From NCBI GenBank assembly GCA_016201905.1, contig JACQBQ010000001.1, positions 3,405 to 67,404 on the forward strand: a stretch of DNA of 64,000 nt, given 5' to 3'. Positions 20,502 to 30,249 of this stretch are shown piece after piece. The translations under genes were made by a program, and so were the position numbers. The stretch is from Candidatus Melainabacteria bacterium. Its GTDB lineage: Bacteria; Cyanobacteriota; Vampirovibrionia; 2-02-FULL-35-15. How positions within the stretch are numbered: position 1 is the first letter of the stretch; each line of letters starts with the position of its first letter. The notes beneath the pieces were generated by a model. The model had not been told where the DNA came from and did no database searches. It saw only the letters and a program-made list of their open reading frames with translations.

Positions 20502-21080
20502 ATGAAAAAGAAAATATCCTTAATTGATTTTGGTGCAGGTAATTTGCACAGTGTTTATAAAGCATTTAAGTTTATTGGTGCTGATATTGAGATTACAAAT
20601 GATTCAAATAAAATTGAAAAATCAGATGCAGTGGTATTTCCTGGTGTTGGTGCATTTGGTGAAGTGATGAAATCAATAAGAAATAATAACCTGGAGGAAA
20701 TAATTGTAAAGTCAGCAAAAAGTTCTAAGCCCTTTCTTGGTATATGTGTAGGGATGCAGGTTTTATTTGAGTGTGGTGAAGAAAATCCTTATGAAAAAGG
20801 ACTCAGTATTTTTAAGGGTAAAGTAATTAAATTTAAGAAAGCAAAAAAGATTCCGCATATTGGATGGAATGATGTAAACGGACAAAAATATTATTTCGTC
20901 CATTCTTATTATGTTTTACCAGAAGATAAAAACATTATTTGTGGAGAAACTGATTATGATGGTGAAAAGTTTACTTCAATGATAAAAAAAGATAATTTGC
21001 TTGCAGTTCAGTTCCATCCCGAAAAGAGTGGGGATGCTGGACTTGAGCTATTAAAGTCATTTATTTTTGATTTGTCTTAA
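20502..21080 (+). CDS. hisH: Class I glutamine amidotransferase, HisH-like (imidazole glycerol phosphate synthase glutaminase subunit family)
   Basis: ISLIDFGAGN, GICVGMQVLFE (catalytic Cys), HIGWN and FHPEKSG motifs. The Met at 20502 with AAGGA upstream is preferred over the ORF-track start at 20439. No hisF or other his genes are nearby. Confidence 0.7.
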   Translation: MKKKISLIDFGAGNLHSVYKAFKFIGADIEITNDSNKIEKSDAVVFPGVGAFGEVMKSIRNNNLEEIIVKSAKSSKPFLGICVGMQVLFECGEENPYEKGLSIFKGKVIKFKKAKKIPHIGWNDVNGQKYYFVHSYYVLPEDKNIICGETDYDGEKFTSMIKKDNLLAVQFHPEKSGDAGLELLKSFIFDLS

Positions 21081-22219
21081 ATGACCGGAGTTAGATTTTT
21101 GACGTCATATCCTGTACTTTTGATCTTTGAAAGAATTAAATTAGCAATGTCCTGAGTAGCATTAGGCTTACTAAAAGATTTTGTGATAGTAGACATTTTA
21201 TTTAATTTATTTAAATCGTTTAAAAGTTCTTGAATTGTACTTAACAAAGCTTTGCTTCGTAAGCCTTTCTGTTTGAGCAATATACAGCCACCTGCATTTA
21301 CTAAGTGTGTAACATTTGCTTCCTGATGATTTCCTGCAAATGGGTATGGGATAAATATTGCTGGCTTGCCAAGAGTTATAATTTCTGTAGTGGTCATTGC
21401 ACCAGAACGGGAAATAACTAAATCAGCCAGGTGGTAACACTTCTCTGGGTTTTCAAAGAATGGCTTTGCAATGTAGTTTGTGGTTTCAAGTACTCTTGCT
21501 GGTATTCTTTTTGTAAAAGCTTCATGAGTATATTCACCAGTCTGATGAATGATTTGAATATCATGGTTTAAAACTAATTCTTTCAATATTTCTAGAAGTG
21601 ACTCGTTAATTGCATTTGCACCTTGTGAACCACCGATTACAAAAATCACTTTTTTATTTGGATCTAAATTAAATTCTTTATATAAAACTGATTTATCTGT
21701 TTTTTCAATTTCTAAAAAGCTGTTTCTTACAGGATTTCCTGTGATTACAATGTTTGAATTATTGGGAAGAATTTCCTCCTCTGGTTTAAACCCAAGTGTT
21801 AGGATTGCTGCTCCAGTTGAACAAAATTTGTTTGCAAGTCCAAGTCTTACATCAAGATTGTGTATTATGTATGGGATTCCCAGTCTTTTTGCTGCAATAA
21901 AGACAGGAGCTGCAGAATATCCTCCTGTGCCAAAAACCATATCAGGCTTAAAATGTTTTAAGTAGAGTTTTGCTTTTGACACTGCATTTAAAAGCTTAAA
22001 TGGCCAAAATAAAATCTCTGTTTCTAACTTTCTTGGAAAACCGGAGAATTCATAGCCGTAAAAATCAATTCCATTTTTCTCAGCGATTAATTCTTCAGGC
22101 TTGCCTGTTACGCCAATGTAAAACAAATCACAGTTTTCTTTCTTTAAAATCTCACTAACAGCAATACTTGGGAAAATGTGCCCACCTGTTCCACCACCAC
22201 ACAGTACAATTTTTTTCAT
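21077..22219 (-). CDS. murG: Undecaprenyldiphospho-muramoylpentapeptide beta-N-acetylglucosaminyltransferase
   Basis: N-terminal GGGTGGHIFP motif and the C-terminal GT28 domain. Confidence 0.9.
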   Translation of the reverse strand: MKKIVLCGGGTGGHIFPSIAVSEILKKENCDLFYIGVTGKPEELIAEKNGIDFYGYEFSGFPRKLETEILFWPFKLLNAVSKAKLYLKHFKPDMVFGTGGYSAAPVFIAAKRLGIPYIIHNLDVRLGLANKFCSTGAAILTLGFKPEEEILPNNSNIVITGNPVRNSFLEIEKTDKSVLYKEFNLDPNKKVIFVIGGSQGANAINESLLEILKELVLNHDIQIIHQTGEYTHEAFTKRIPARVLETTNYIAKPFFENPEKCYHLADLVISRSGAMTTTEIITLGKPAIFIPYPFAGNHQEANVTHLVNAGGCILLKQKGLRSKALLSTIQELLNDLNKLNKMSTITKSFSKPNATQDIANLILSKIKSTGYDVKNLTPVI

Positions 22220-22236
22220 GTTCGTTCTTTTAAATC

Positions 22237-22683
22237 CTACCCTGTTGATTGCACAGGTACTAATCTACATTCAAATGGAATATTGCAAACTGATTCCATA
22301 GGTCCTTCTTGTCTGCCGATTGAAATAGTGACAAAGTAAACCCCTGTTTCACGAAGAGTAAGCATCATTGAAAATGAATCAATACACCAATGACAGGAAA
22401 TTGGAGGACTTGATGTAATAGTAAACTGATTTTTTCTTTCTGCAAGCAATTGTCCGCTGGGCGTAAAGATTTCTAATTGTTGTAAAAATGTGCCCTGAGC
22501 ATTGGTCCATTGATTTGCTACTACAAACTGTGAAAGTGTAGCAGGCAGTGTTGGTGTTTGAAAAACATTTTGAATGTTTAGAAGATGAACAGCATGAGTG
22601 ACTTTATCAAAGCTTACCTGACTGCATATTGCACCAATATTATGTCTTGGGAGAGAGGTTGTCATGTCTATTATTATACCCAA
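22237..22683 (-). CDS. Hypothetical protein between ctpA and murG
   Basis: 148-aa ORF, same strand, tightly spaced within the ctpA-murG string. Confidence 0.4.
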   Translation of the reverse strand: MGIIIDMTTSLPRHNIGAICSQVSFDKVTHAVHLLNIQNVFQTPTLPATLSQFVVANQWTNAQGTFLQQLEIFTPSGQLLAERKNQFTITSSPPISCHWCIDSFSMMLTLRETGVYFVTISIGRQEGPMESVCNIPFECRLVPVQSTG

Positions 22684-22685
22684 CT

Positions 22686-23891
22686 TTACAAAGAAGCAAG
22701 CCTTGCTTTTTCTTTATTACTTTTTAAAGTAAGCAGAATTTCTTTTGCTCTTTCTAATTGTTTATTTTCATTAAGAACGATTTCATCTGGTATTAAACCA
22801 ATCTTGTTTAAACTCTTACCACTTGGGGTCAAGTAAGCCCCGATTGTTACATGTAGTGCAGAGTCATCTGGTAGTTTTACAATTTCCTGAACAAGCCCTT
22901 TTCCAAAAGTCCTTTTGCCAATTACAATAGCTCTTTGATTTTCTTTCAGCGCGCCAGTTAAAATCTCACTTGCACTTGCTGTGTTTTCATTTACAAGGAT
23001 AATTATATTTGAGTCATATAACTGACTAGAATTAGCATACTCATTTACTTTTGCTAAATTGTTTATAGTGCTGACTATTTTACCTTCACTTAAAAACATA
23101 TCAGCAATTTCAACTGCGTTTTTAACAAGACCACCTGAATTATTCCTGAGGTCAAGAATAAGCCCATTTGCAGACATTAATTTTAAGAGCTCATCTTTGA
23201 AGGCTTTGCTTGTATTCTCTGGAATAAAAGAATCAATTTTTACAAGCGCTATATCGTTATCTAAAAGCTCAGTTGAAACAGTTTTAAAATTAAACTCTTT
23301 ACGTATAAGAGTTTTGGTTATTATTTCATCATGTCTTTTTATTTTAATCGTGAGGCTGGAATCTTTAGGTCCTCTTATTAAGTTTGCTACCTGGCTTGAG
23401 CTTAAGCCAAATGTACTTTTGTCATTTACACTTAAAATATAATCGTTTGGTTTTAAGCCCCCTGCATAAGCAGGACTATTAGTCAGAATATCTATAATAA
23501 AAGGGTTTTTACTTCCAAGCTTTACACCTATTCCAATAAGGGTTGAGTTCATTATGTTCTGTTCGTCTTTAAACTCTTCTTTTGTTAAAAACCTTGTATA
23601 AGGATCTTTAAGTTCTTTTACTAACTTATTTATATATTTGTGTGCATCGTTAAGATCGTTGATTTTGTTTGAGAATTTGTTTTGCCATCTATCCAGATTA
23701 ATTTTTGATTTGAAATAAAATTTTTCATTTATGGTGTTCCAGGCAACATTATAAACTTCATATGCCTTTGGATCTCCAAAATCAGCACTAACTTTCTCGC
23801 CAAAGATTGTTGCAGAAGAAAATAAAAATAAGACAAGGAAAGTTAATAAATTAAACTTTAAATAATTTTTTGTATCGTTTTTATAGTGCAT
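22686..23891 (-). CDS. ctpA: Carboxy-terminal processing protease (S41 family, PDZ domain)
   Basis: PDZ region, DLRNNSGG, and GKRTFGKGLVQ with the catalytic Ser/Lys region; signal/anchor N-terminus. Confidence 0.85.
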   Translation of the reverse strand: MHYKNDTKNYLKFNLLTFLVLFLFSSATIFGEKVSADFGDPKAYEVYNVAWNTINEKFYFKSKINLDRWQNKFSNKINDLNDAHKYINKLVKELKDPYTRFLTKEEFKDEQNIMNSTLIGIGVKLGSKNPFIIDILTNSPAYAGGLKPNDYILSVNDKSTFGLSSSQVANLIRGPKDSSLTIKIKRHDEIITKTLIRKEFNFKTVSTELLDNDIALVKIDSFIPENTSKAFKDELLKLMSANGLILDLRNNSGGLVKNAVEIADMFLSEGKIVSTINNLAKVNEYANSSQLYDSNIIILVNENTASASEILTGALKENQRAIVIGKRTFGKGLVQEIVKLPDDSALHVTIGAYLTPSGKSLNKIGLIPDEIVLNENKQLERAKEILLTLKSNKEKARLASL

Positions 23892-23954
23892 TTTGTAATA
23901 TCTTATTCTTTAATTGAAGACATATACTATTCTATAACATAGCTCGTATGCGTG

Positions 23955-24036
23955 CTGAGCGAAGAATATTGCGGTGAGCAATATTCTAAGCGTCGGGAAG
24001 GAAAAGGAAAAATCTTGTTCAAAGCGAGATTTTTCC
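23955..24036 (+). promoter_or_regulatory. Conserved two-hairpin element, copy B, in the 5' region of the Na+/Ca2+ exchanger gene
   Basis: GAATATTGC-GGTGA-GCAATATTC ... GGAAAAATCT-TGTTCAAAGCG-AGATTTTTCC; about 90% identical to copy A over 75 nt. One stem position is A-U in one copy and G.U in the other. Confidence 0.5.
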
Positions 24037-24047
24037 GCTTAAAAAAC

Positions 24048-25115
24048 GTGGAAACTTTATTTTATTTTATTATTTCACTTTTTGCAATTTTAATTTCCTG
24101 CATTATTTTTAGCAATTCTGTTGAATGGCTTGGTGCAAGGCTAAATTTATCCCATGGCATCACTGGAAGCATTCTGGCAGCCGTAGGCACGGCTTTACCT
24201 GAAACTGTAGTCCCATTAGTGGCAATTTTTTGGGGTATAAATAAAGAAAATTTGGTTAAGGTTTTAACGGGTCATGCAGATTCCCTTAACTCTGTTAACC
24301 AAATAAGCATGGGGGCAATAATCGGAGCTCCATTTATGCTTAGCACCGTAGCATTTTTTTTAATAGGCTTTAGCAGCTGGACTTATTTTAAAACAGGCAG
24401 AAGAAAATCAAAAATAATAAATATGGATAAAACGGTTCTGGAGAGAGATCTTACATTTTTTATTGTTTCTTTTTCACTTGCATTTTTAGCTATTTTTTTA
24501 AGCCATTTATTTCATGTGATCTTTGCAGTTTTAATGCTAATTCTTTATGCAGTTTATCTTTATTTAACAATAAAAGAAGAATCAAATAATGAGTATAAAG
24601 GGGAAGAGCTTGAAGAAAACTTAGATCCTTTTTTACTCACAAAAATTATTCCTGCATTAAAACCAACAATGTTTTTAATCTGGTTACAATTAATTGTTTC
24701 TTTGGCTTTACTTATATTTAGTGCACACTATTTTGTGGAAGTGATAAAAGAGGTTTCAAGCCAATTGTTGCTTCCTGCATTTGTTATAAGTCTTTTACTT
24801 ACACCAATTGCTACTGAGCTTCCTGAAAAGTTTAATAGCTGGATGTGGATTAGACAAAAAAAAGATACTCTTGCAGTTGGCAATATATCTGGTGCTCTTG
24901 TCTTCCAGAGCACTTTTCCGGTTACAATTGGACTTTTATTTACAAGCTGGCAGGTACAATCATCAATTTCATATTTAATTTTTATCTTCTGTTTAATATG
25001 TGCAAGCATAGTTTTATTTGCACTAAAGAAAAATAAACTTAGCTATAAAACGTTTCTGTTCTGTGGGGTATTTTATTTAATTTATTTAACTTTAGTCTTT
25101 TGTAGGTGTAGATGA
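24048..25115 (+). CDS. CaCA-family Na+/Ca2+ (cation/Ca2+) exchanger
   Basis: Alpha-repeat motifs GITGSILAAVGTALPE and GNISGALVFQ; about 10 TM helices. The ORF track starts at 23952 but that N-terminus translates a conserved hairpin element. An in-frame GTG at 24048 is a plausible true start; the start remains uncertain. Confidence 0.65.
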   Translation: METLFYFIISLFAILISCIIFSNSVEWLGARLNLSHGITGSILAAVGTALPETVVPLVAIFWGINKENLVKVLTGHADSLNSVNQISMGAIIGAPFMLSTVAFFLIGFSSWTYFKTGRRKSKIINMDKTVLERDLTFFIVSFSLAFLAIFLSHLFHVIFAVLMLILYAVYLYLTIKEESNNEYKGEELEENLDPFLLTKIIPALKPTMFLIWLQLIVSLALLIFSAHYFVEVIKEVSSQLLLPAFVISLLLTPIATELPEKFNSWMWIRQKKDTLAVGNISGALVFQSTFPVTIGLLFTSWQVQSSISYLIFIFCLICASIVLFALKKNKLSYKTFLFCGVFYLIYLTLVFCRCR

Positions 25116-25724
25116 GATAGCTTCACGCCAAAGAATTGCTTCCATAGCTAACAGAGCTTCCCTATTAAAGCCCCTTTTATCTGAGTAATCTTTAGAGAAT
25201 TCATGCAAAGCATCATACCCTTCTTTACCACCAACATATTTCAAAGCAGTTATTGCTGCGTCACAAACCTGAAAATCAGGGTCATTTAAGTGCTTAACTA
25301 AAAGTGGCAAAACACGGTCTTTTTCCCTATTATGATTTTGTCCAATTGTTAAAATAGCAGCTTCACGTATATAAGGGCTTTTATCACCAAGGAGATTAAT
25401 TAAGTGCTCTATATTTTCTTTATGACGAAAATGTCCAAAGCATTTTATTGCCTGGCAACGATATTTTATATCCTCTTTTTCACTTGACATAACTTCACTA
25501 AGCCAATTTACGATTTCGTCTTGCTTTCTGAAGTATTTTTGTACTAATTTTTCCCTGAGATTATGTACTTTGGCTTCATGGCCTTCTTCACCAGAGTACC
25601 TAGAATAAACTTTGCCTATTTCTTTTAACTCGTCTAAAAAATGTTCTTTATCTAAAACTATTGGCTTAGGATTATAAACTAGACCAACAGCACCTTTTAT
25701 TGCATTAGATATTATTCTTGTCAT
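25092..25724 (-). CDS. HEAT-like (PBS-lyase type) repeat protein
   Basis: Repeated ...VR.AA..ALG.IGG... units; paralogous to the two genes upstream. Confidence 0.6.
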   Translation of the reverse strand: MTRIISNAIKGAVGLVYNPKPIVLDKEHFLDELKEIGKVYSRYSGEEGHEAKVHNLREKLVQKYFRKQDEIVNWLSEVMSSEKEDIKYRCQAIKCFGHFRHKENIEHLINLLGDKSPYIREAAILTIGQNHNREKDRVLPLLVKHLNDPDFQVCDAAITALKYVGGKEGYDALHEFSKDYSDKRGFNREALLAMEAILWREAISSTPTKD

Positions 25725-25750
25725 TTTAAGTTACCTCCAAATATTTAGCT

Positions 25751-26572
25751 TCAAGACCTATCGTATACACCTTTAATTAAAGCTTTAAAAGCCTTTTCTC
25801 TAGGAGCTTCTTCAAGACATTTTGCTGCTTCTTCAATATCTTTTCTTTCTAAATCAAAATTCAAAGCAATGTCAGCAAGCACCTCTAAAGTTTTTTCTTC
25901 ACCATACATATCAGTAAACTTTTCAATGATCTGAACCCGCCTTGCTTTCATTTCTTTTTCAGATTCTGTTATTGGCCCACTGTCAAATTCACCTAAAACT
26001 TCCTCAAGAATATTTCCATTAATAATCTCTAAAGCGTCACTCAAGCAGTCTTTGTGAAGACAGCCTTCATCAGCTTTTCTAGCATCTAATATTTTACGAG
26101 CTTCTTTTCCACCTATTTCACCTATTGCTTTTGCTGCTGCAGCACAGACATAATAATCTTTGTGATTTAAATATTTTGCAAATAGTGGCAAAAACCTTTC
26201 ATCTCTTAAAACTGATAATTTTCTAATTGCCTCTTCACGAACAAAGGTTATATTTCCATCTTCTGCACATTTTTCAAGACATGAAATAATCTCAGGATTT
26301 CTACTGAAAAATTTTGTGACTAAAACTGCCTGATATTGATATTCTACCTTCTCTTTTTTATTAAGAGCTATCTCAGTAATCCACTGTACTACTTCATCCT
26401 CTCTGCCAGTGTATTTAGATACAAGGGCAGTTAATAAATGATCTTTTGTTGAAGAGTGGTCTTCCCCATCGCATATTTTTTTTAGCTGTGCAATAAAATA
26501 ATTTTTATCTAGAACAACAGGTTTGCCCCAGCTAGCTATTTTATTTAATGCCCCAGTTACAAGCTTTGACAT
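25751..26572 (-). CDS. HEAT-like repeat protein (paralog)
   Basis: Its N-terminal block GKPVVLDKNYFIAQLKKI parallels NPKPIVLDKEHFLDELKEI of the downstream paralog. HEAT-like AAAKAIGEIGGKEA. Confidence 0.6.
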   Translation of the reverse strand: MSKLVTGALNKIASWGKPVVLDKNYFIAQLKKICDGEDHSSTKDHLLTALVSKYTGREDEVVQWITEIALNKKEKVEYQYQAVLVTKFFSRNPEIISCLEKCAEDGNITFVREEAIRKLSVLRDERFLPLFAKYLNHKDYYVCAAAAKAIGEIGGKEARKILDARKADEGCLHKDCLSDALEIINGNILEEVLGEFDSGPITESEKEMKARRVQIIEKFTDMYGEEKTLEVLADIALNFDLERKDIEEAAKCLEEAPREKAFKALIKGVYDRS

Positions 26573-27191
26573 TTGTTACCTCCGACTTTTTCAATATTTC
26601 CCTTATAGATTTTTGAGCTTGGAGATATATTGGATCATCTTCTTCTACTTTCTCTAGAACTTCTAAGGCTACCTTGCCTCCAATATAACCAAGTCCCATT
26701 GCTGCTACTTCCCGTACCCCAGGATCATCACTATCTACAATTACACGATATATGAAAGTAAGAGCTGCACTTTTATCTTTTCTGTCAATTAATTCATCTA
26801 CAGCTAAACTGCGAGCAATGGGATTGTTTTCTTCAGTGCTTACATAGTCATGGAGTTCCAGGTTTTCTTTTCCAGCCAAAATTTTATTTATAAATAAAGT
26901 AGCTTGATCTCTTACCTCTTTAGAATGTACTTTACTTATGGATATATAACTAAAAATATCTATTAGCTCAGCTTCATTAAACTCCATTAAAAAATCATCT
27001 AAGAGAATTTCTCTTTTTTCTTTTTGTTCTTTCCGGTTTGCTTCAGATACCTCAGTAAGTTTTTCTATAAAAGATCCTGATTGTTGTAAGTTACCAAATA
27101 CTTTTATTTGATGATTATTTAAATTAGAGCCGGCCATTGTATTTCTGGCTGTCCCAAATAAGCTTGAAAAAAGTCTTCTTATACCTAGCAT
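26541..27191 (-). CDS. HEAT-like repeat protein (paralog)
   Basis: REVAAMGLGYIGGKVALEVL HEAT-like unit. Overlaps the downstream paralog by about 30 nt. Confidence 0.5.
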   Translation of the reverse strand: MLGIRRLFSSLFGTARNTMAGSNLNNHQIKVFGNLQQSGSFIEKLTEVSEANRKEQKEKREILLDDFLMEFNEAELIDIFSYISISKVHSKEVRDQATLFINKILAGKENLELHDYVSTEENNPIARSLAVDELIDRKDKSAALTFIYRVIVDSDDPGVREVAAMGLGYIGGKVALEVLEKVEEDDPIYLQAQKSIREILKKSEVTNVKACNWGIK

Positions 27192-27272
27192 TTATAATTT
27201 TCACTAACTTTAGAAATTGTTTTTAATTATAAACCTATTGCTGAAATTACAAAGCAAGTAATACTTGTTAGG

Positions 27273-28034
27273 CTATTTCTTAGTCTTAGTAAAATGCTCT
27301 AATGTTTCTCTAGCTTCTTGGCTTAGCTTGTGCTTGCTGGAAGTGTCATTTAAAAGTCCGTGTAAAGCATTGTGCCCGATTTTTTCTAAGGCTAAAACCA
27401 CTGCTTCTAAAACTGTTTTAATCTTTTTTGTAGAAAGATTTTCTTTTAACCAGGTTATTAAAGGCTCTATTGCTTTTTGTACTTTTTCTAATTCCATTTT
27501 GCCTAATTCTTTAGCAGCTTGTGCACGTGTTTTAACATCATAGTCTTTATTTTTGACTTCGTTTCGTACTATAGCAATTAATTCCTTTATGCTTAGATCT
27601 TTTAAACCATTTGTTTCTTGTTGCTCTGCTTTTTTCCTTGAGGCTTTTTTCTTTGAAATACTTTGCTCAGAATTTGCTGGAGCCTTATCGATATTGTCTT
27701 CTAGTTGTTGTGGATTTACTATTTTAGAAGGAGTAATAAGTAATCTTTCTTCCTCTTCTTCTTTTTTACCAACAACTCCGCCAATAATACCTCCTAAGCC
27801 AACTAAAGATAAAATGGCACCAAATGCTTTTCCGCCTTTTTCACTGAACAGTGCAATGAGTGCACCAAAAGCTGAGATGATAAACCCACCAAGAGTTAAA
27901 TAATTCATCCTTTGAATTGGATTTAGATCTTTTTTCAGCCAGTCAGATTTTTCTTGTTTATATTCTATTGGGCTTAAGTTTTTTCTGCTTGGAGTAAATC
28001 CAGATGGCCTGAGTGCTATTTCATAAATTCCCAT
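27273..28034 (-). CDS. Membrane-anchored protein with a glycine-zipper TM segment and a C-terminal HEAT-like region
   Basis: TM segment GALIALFSEKGGKAFGAILSLVGLGGIIGGVVG; the C-terminus has DVKTRAQAAKELGKM / VLALEKIGHNALHGLL. Confidence 0.45.
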   Translation of the reverse strand: MGIYEIALRPSGFTPSRKNLSPIEYKQEKSDWLKKDLNPIQRMNYLTLGGFIISAFGALIALFSEKGGKAFGAILSLVGLGGIIGGVVGKKEEEEERLLITPSKIVNPQQLEDNIDKAPANSEQSISKKKASRKKAEQQETNGLKDLSIKELIAIVRNEVKNKDYDVKTRAQAAKELGKMELEKVQKAIEPLITWLKENLSTKKIKTVLEAVVLALEKIGHNALHGLLNDTSSKHKLSQEARETLEHFTKTKK

Positions 28035-28243
28035 TTTAAAAATATCCTTATAATAGTAAGATTTAACAAGATTATTTAGTAGTTATTATTGTATTTCAAT
28101 ACCGGCTAGCAAAAGTTAAGAAACTACCCATAGGATAGTAATTAGATTATAAATTTAGAATTATTTAATAATTTCCAGTTAAAAAATAGTGCAGTGCTAA
28201 GATTTAACAAAACAGGGTATTTAACCATGGGGAGATTAAGGCT

Positions 28244-28735
28244 ATGACAAAAACAAATGGAAAAACATTAAATGAGACAGGATTTTTATTACAAGCTGGT
28301 GAAACTTTACAGACAGCAATAGTTGGTGTACTGGATGGAAGCAGCACAATTTTTAGGTCGATTTTTGGGACTTTGAAGGACTCAGCAGTTTTTGCAATCA
28401 GATCTACAAAAGAAGTAACAGATGAAATGGGCAGAAGTGTAAAATCAAGTACCTTAGGAACTATTGAAGGAACACATGAAGTTAGTGTTAAAGCAGCAAA
28501 TACTTTAGGAAAAGCTATTGTTGATCTTAGTCAGTGTGCTTACAATACCGGAGCTAAAGTAGGTGATATTGCTAAGACTGCTGCACTAAATACAATACGT
28601 GGTACAGCAGAAATTGGAGAAGAACTTTTTGGGAAAATAAAATCTAGTGTTGGTGGTGTGATTAATCTAGAAAAAGTAAGACTGGGCAAAAAGAAAATTG
28701 TTAATGGTCCAGGTGAAAATATAGAAAATAATTAG
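28244..28735 (+). CDS. Hypothetical protein (163 aa, Ala/Gly/Thr-rich amphipathic)
   Basis: ORF with upstream GGAG. No recognisable domain. Confidence 0.4.
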   Translation: MTKTNGKTLNETGFLLQAGETLQTAIVGVLDGSSTIFRSIFGTLKDSAVFAIRSTKEVTDEMGRSVKSSTLGTIEGTHEVSVKAANTLGKAIVDLSQCAYNTGAKVGDIAKTAALNTIRGTAEIGEELFGKIKSSVGGVINLEKVRLGKKKIVNGPGENIENN

Positions 28736-30072
28736 GATTTAGTTACTGGTTCTTTAATTCTCTTAGAAGCTAATAATCCTGCTGCTTCTCCCATAGCCCA
28801 GCAATTTGCCTGAATACGTGCTGATCCCTGTGCTTCAAAAGTAGCTGAGAGACATCGCCCTGCAACAATTAAATTTTTTATTTCATTTTCCTTTGGTAGA
28901 AGTGATCTAAGAGGTATTTGATAGTAATCATCTTTTGGTGGATGACGTAATTGTCCTTTTTCATTTATATTCGATGGGTGAATATCTATAGGCCAATTAG
29001 AATTTGCAACAGAGTCTTCAAATTTTTTCCCATTTAGTACATCATTAGCTGTTAGAACATACTGTCCAATAAGTCTTCTTGATTCACGTACACCAATATT
29101 AGGGGCAATCTGGCAAACATATGAACTGCTAAATCCAGGCAAGTACTTTTTACAAAAGGCACTTATCCTTTTTATCATTTGTCTGCCTTGAACTAAAACC
29201 CATGAGGTGTCTTCATTGTTTAAAGGGTCTAAGGTTTTATTTTCTGGTGTAAGTCTTGGGCAGTTAAATGCAATAAGCCCTGGAGAGCCTGGTACTGAAA
29301 AGATCTGAAAATAAGCCGCATCCTCTTTTTTTAAATCCTTGTTTTTTAAAGCAGCCTCAAAAAATGATTTTAAAGTCCAGTCTTTTTCAAATGTATAAGC
29401 ACTTGAAAGTAAAATGTCTCCATTGTCGAGAAAGTAAACCGGTGAGTCGCCTGATTTATCATTTTCTTGCAGCCATTTAGCAAAAGTTCTCAAATCAATA
29501 TTACTCATCATAAAGCGAAGAGACATAGCTTGTCTTGCATTATCTTTCCCGGATTCATAACTAATACCTGATAGTGTAACCAGATCCGCATCACCGGTGC
29601 AGTCAATGAACTCTTTTGCACAAATCGAAAAACAACCGCTTTTGTTAATAAAAAAAACTTTTTTAATTTCTTTATTTATAATTTCTGCTGAAACAAGGTG
29701 ATTTTCAAACATAAGCTTGACACCAGCTTCAATGCACATTTCATCCAGCACCCACTTATAAATCTCAGGATTAAACCAGCCTGGATTGCCATCTTTGAAA
29801 GTGGCTCCGCCACCTGCTTTTACAAGACGTTCACACGCTTCTAAAAATAAACCTTTTGTTAAAATATTTTTAGCATCCAGTGCATTTTTCATCATTGGTG
29901 TAACAAGAGCACCAGTTGCCATGCCACCTAGAAATGTACTTTTTTCAATTAAAACTGTTTTTGCACCTGATCTTCCTGCACTGACTGCAGCACTAACACC
30001 AGCTGAACCGCCACCAGCTACAAGCACATCGCATGGTGGTAATTCTTTGTAAGTTAGTTCTAGCTTTGGCAT
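28732..30072 (-). CDS. FAD-dependent oxidoreductase
   Basis: N-terminal dinucleotide-binding motif VLVAGGGSAGVSAAVSAGRSGAKTVLIEKSTFLGG; C-terminal GEAAG. Confidence 0.7.
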   Translation of the reverse strand: MPKLELTYKELPPCDVLVAGGGSAGVSAAVSAGRSGAKTVLIEKSTFLGGMATGALVTPMMKNALDAKNILTKGLFLEACERLVKAGGGATFKDGNPGWFNPEIYKWVLDEMCIEAGVKLMFENHLVSAEIINKEIKKVFFINKSGCFSICAKEFIDCTGDADLVTLSGISYESGKDNARQAMSLRFMMSNIDLRTFAKWLQENDKSGDSPVYFLDNGDILLSSAYTFEKDWTLKSFFEAALKNKDLKKEDAAYFQIFSVPGSPGLIAFNCPRLTPENKTLDPLNNEDTSWVLVQGRQMIKRISAFCKKYLPGFSSSYVCQIAPNIGVRESRRLIGQYVLTANDVLNGKKFEDSVANSNWPIDIHPSNINEKGQLRHPPKDDYYQIPLRSLLPKENEIKNLIVAGRCLSATFEAQGSARIQANCWAMGEAAGLLASKRIKEPVTKS

Positions 30073-30249
30073 TTTACTTTCAATAAAGTAGCATAACTTG
30101 AGGCAAAATTCTAATTTCTGTGCTGAATCTTTAGCGAAAAGTTCAAACTTACTTTAATTTAATGATAAAATATTTTCTCTCATGAGGAAGATAGTGGAAC
30201 TAATTTAGCTAGTCTCATTTCTTTTTTCCTTAAAGGTAGAACAATAACT

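Noticed and set aside
23952-24047. N-terminal 32 codons of the exchanger ORF as annotated by the ORF track
   Set aside because: This stretch is the conserved two-hairpin element, which is also found upstream of two other genes on other strands. The exchanger's first TM helix begins after it, so the real start is probably downstream (GTG 24048 or nearby).
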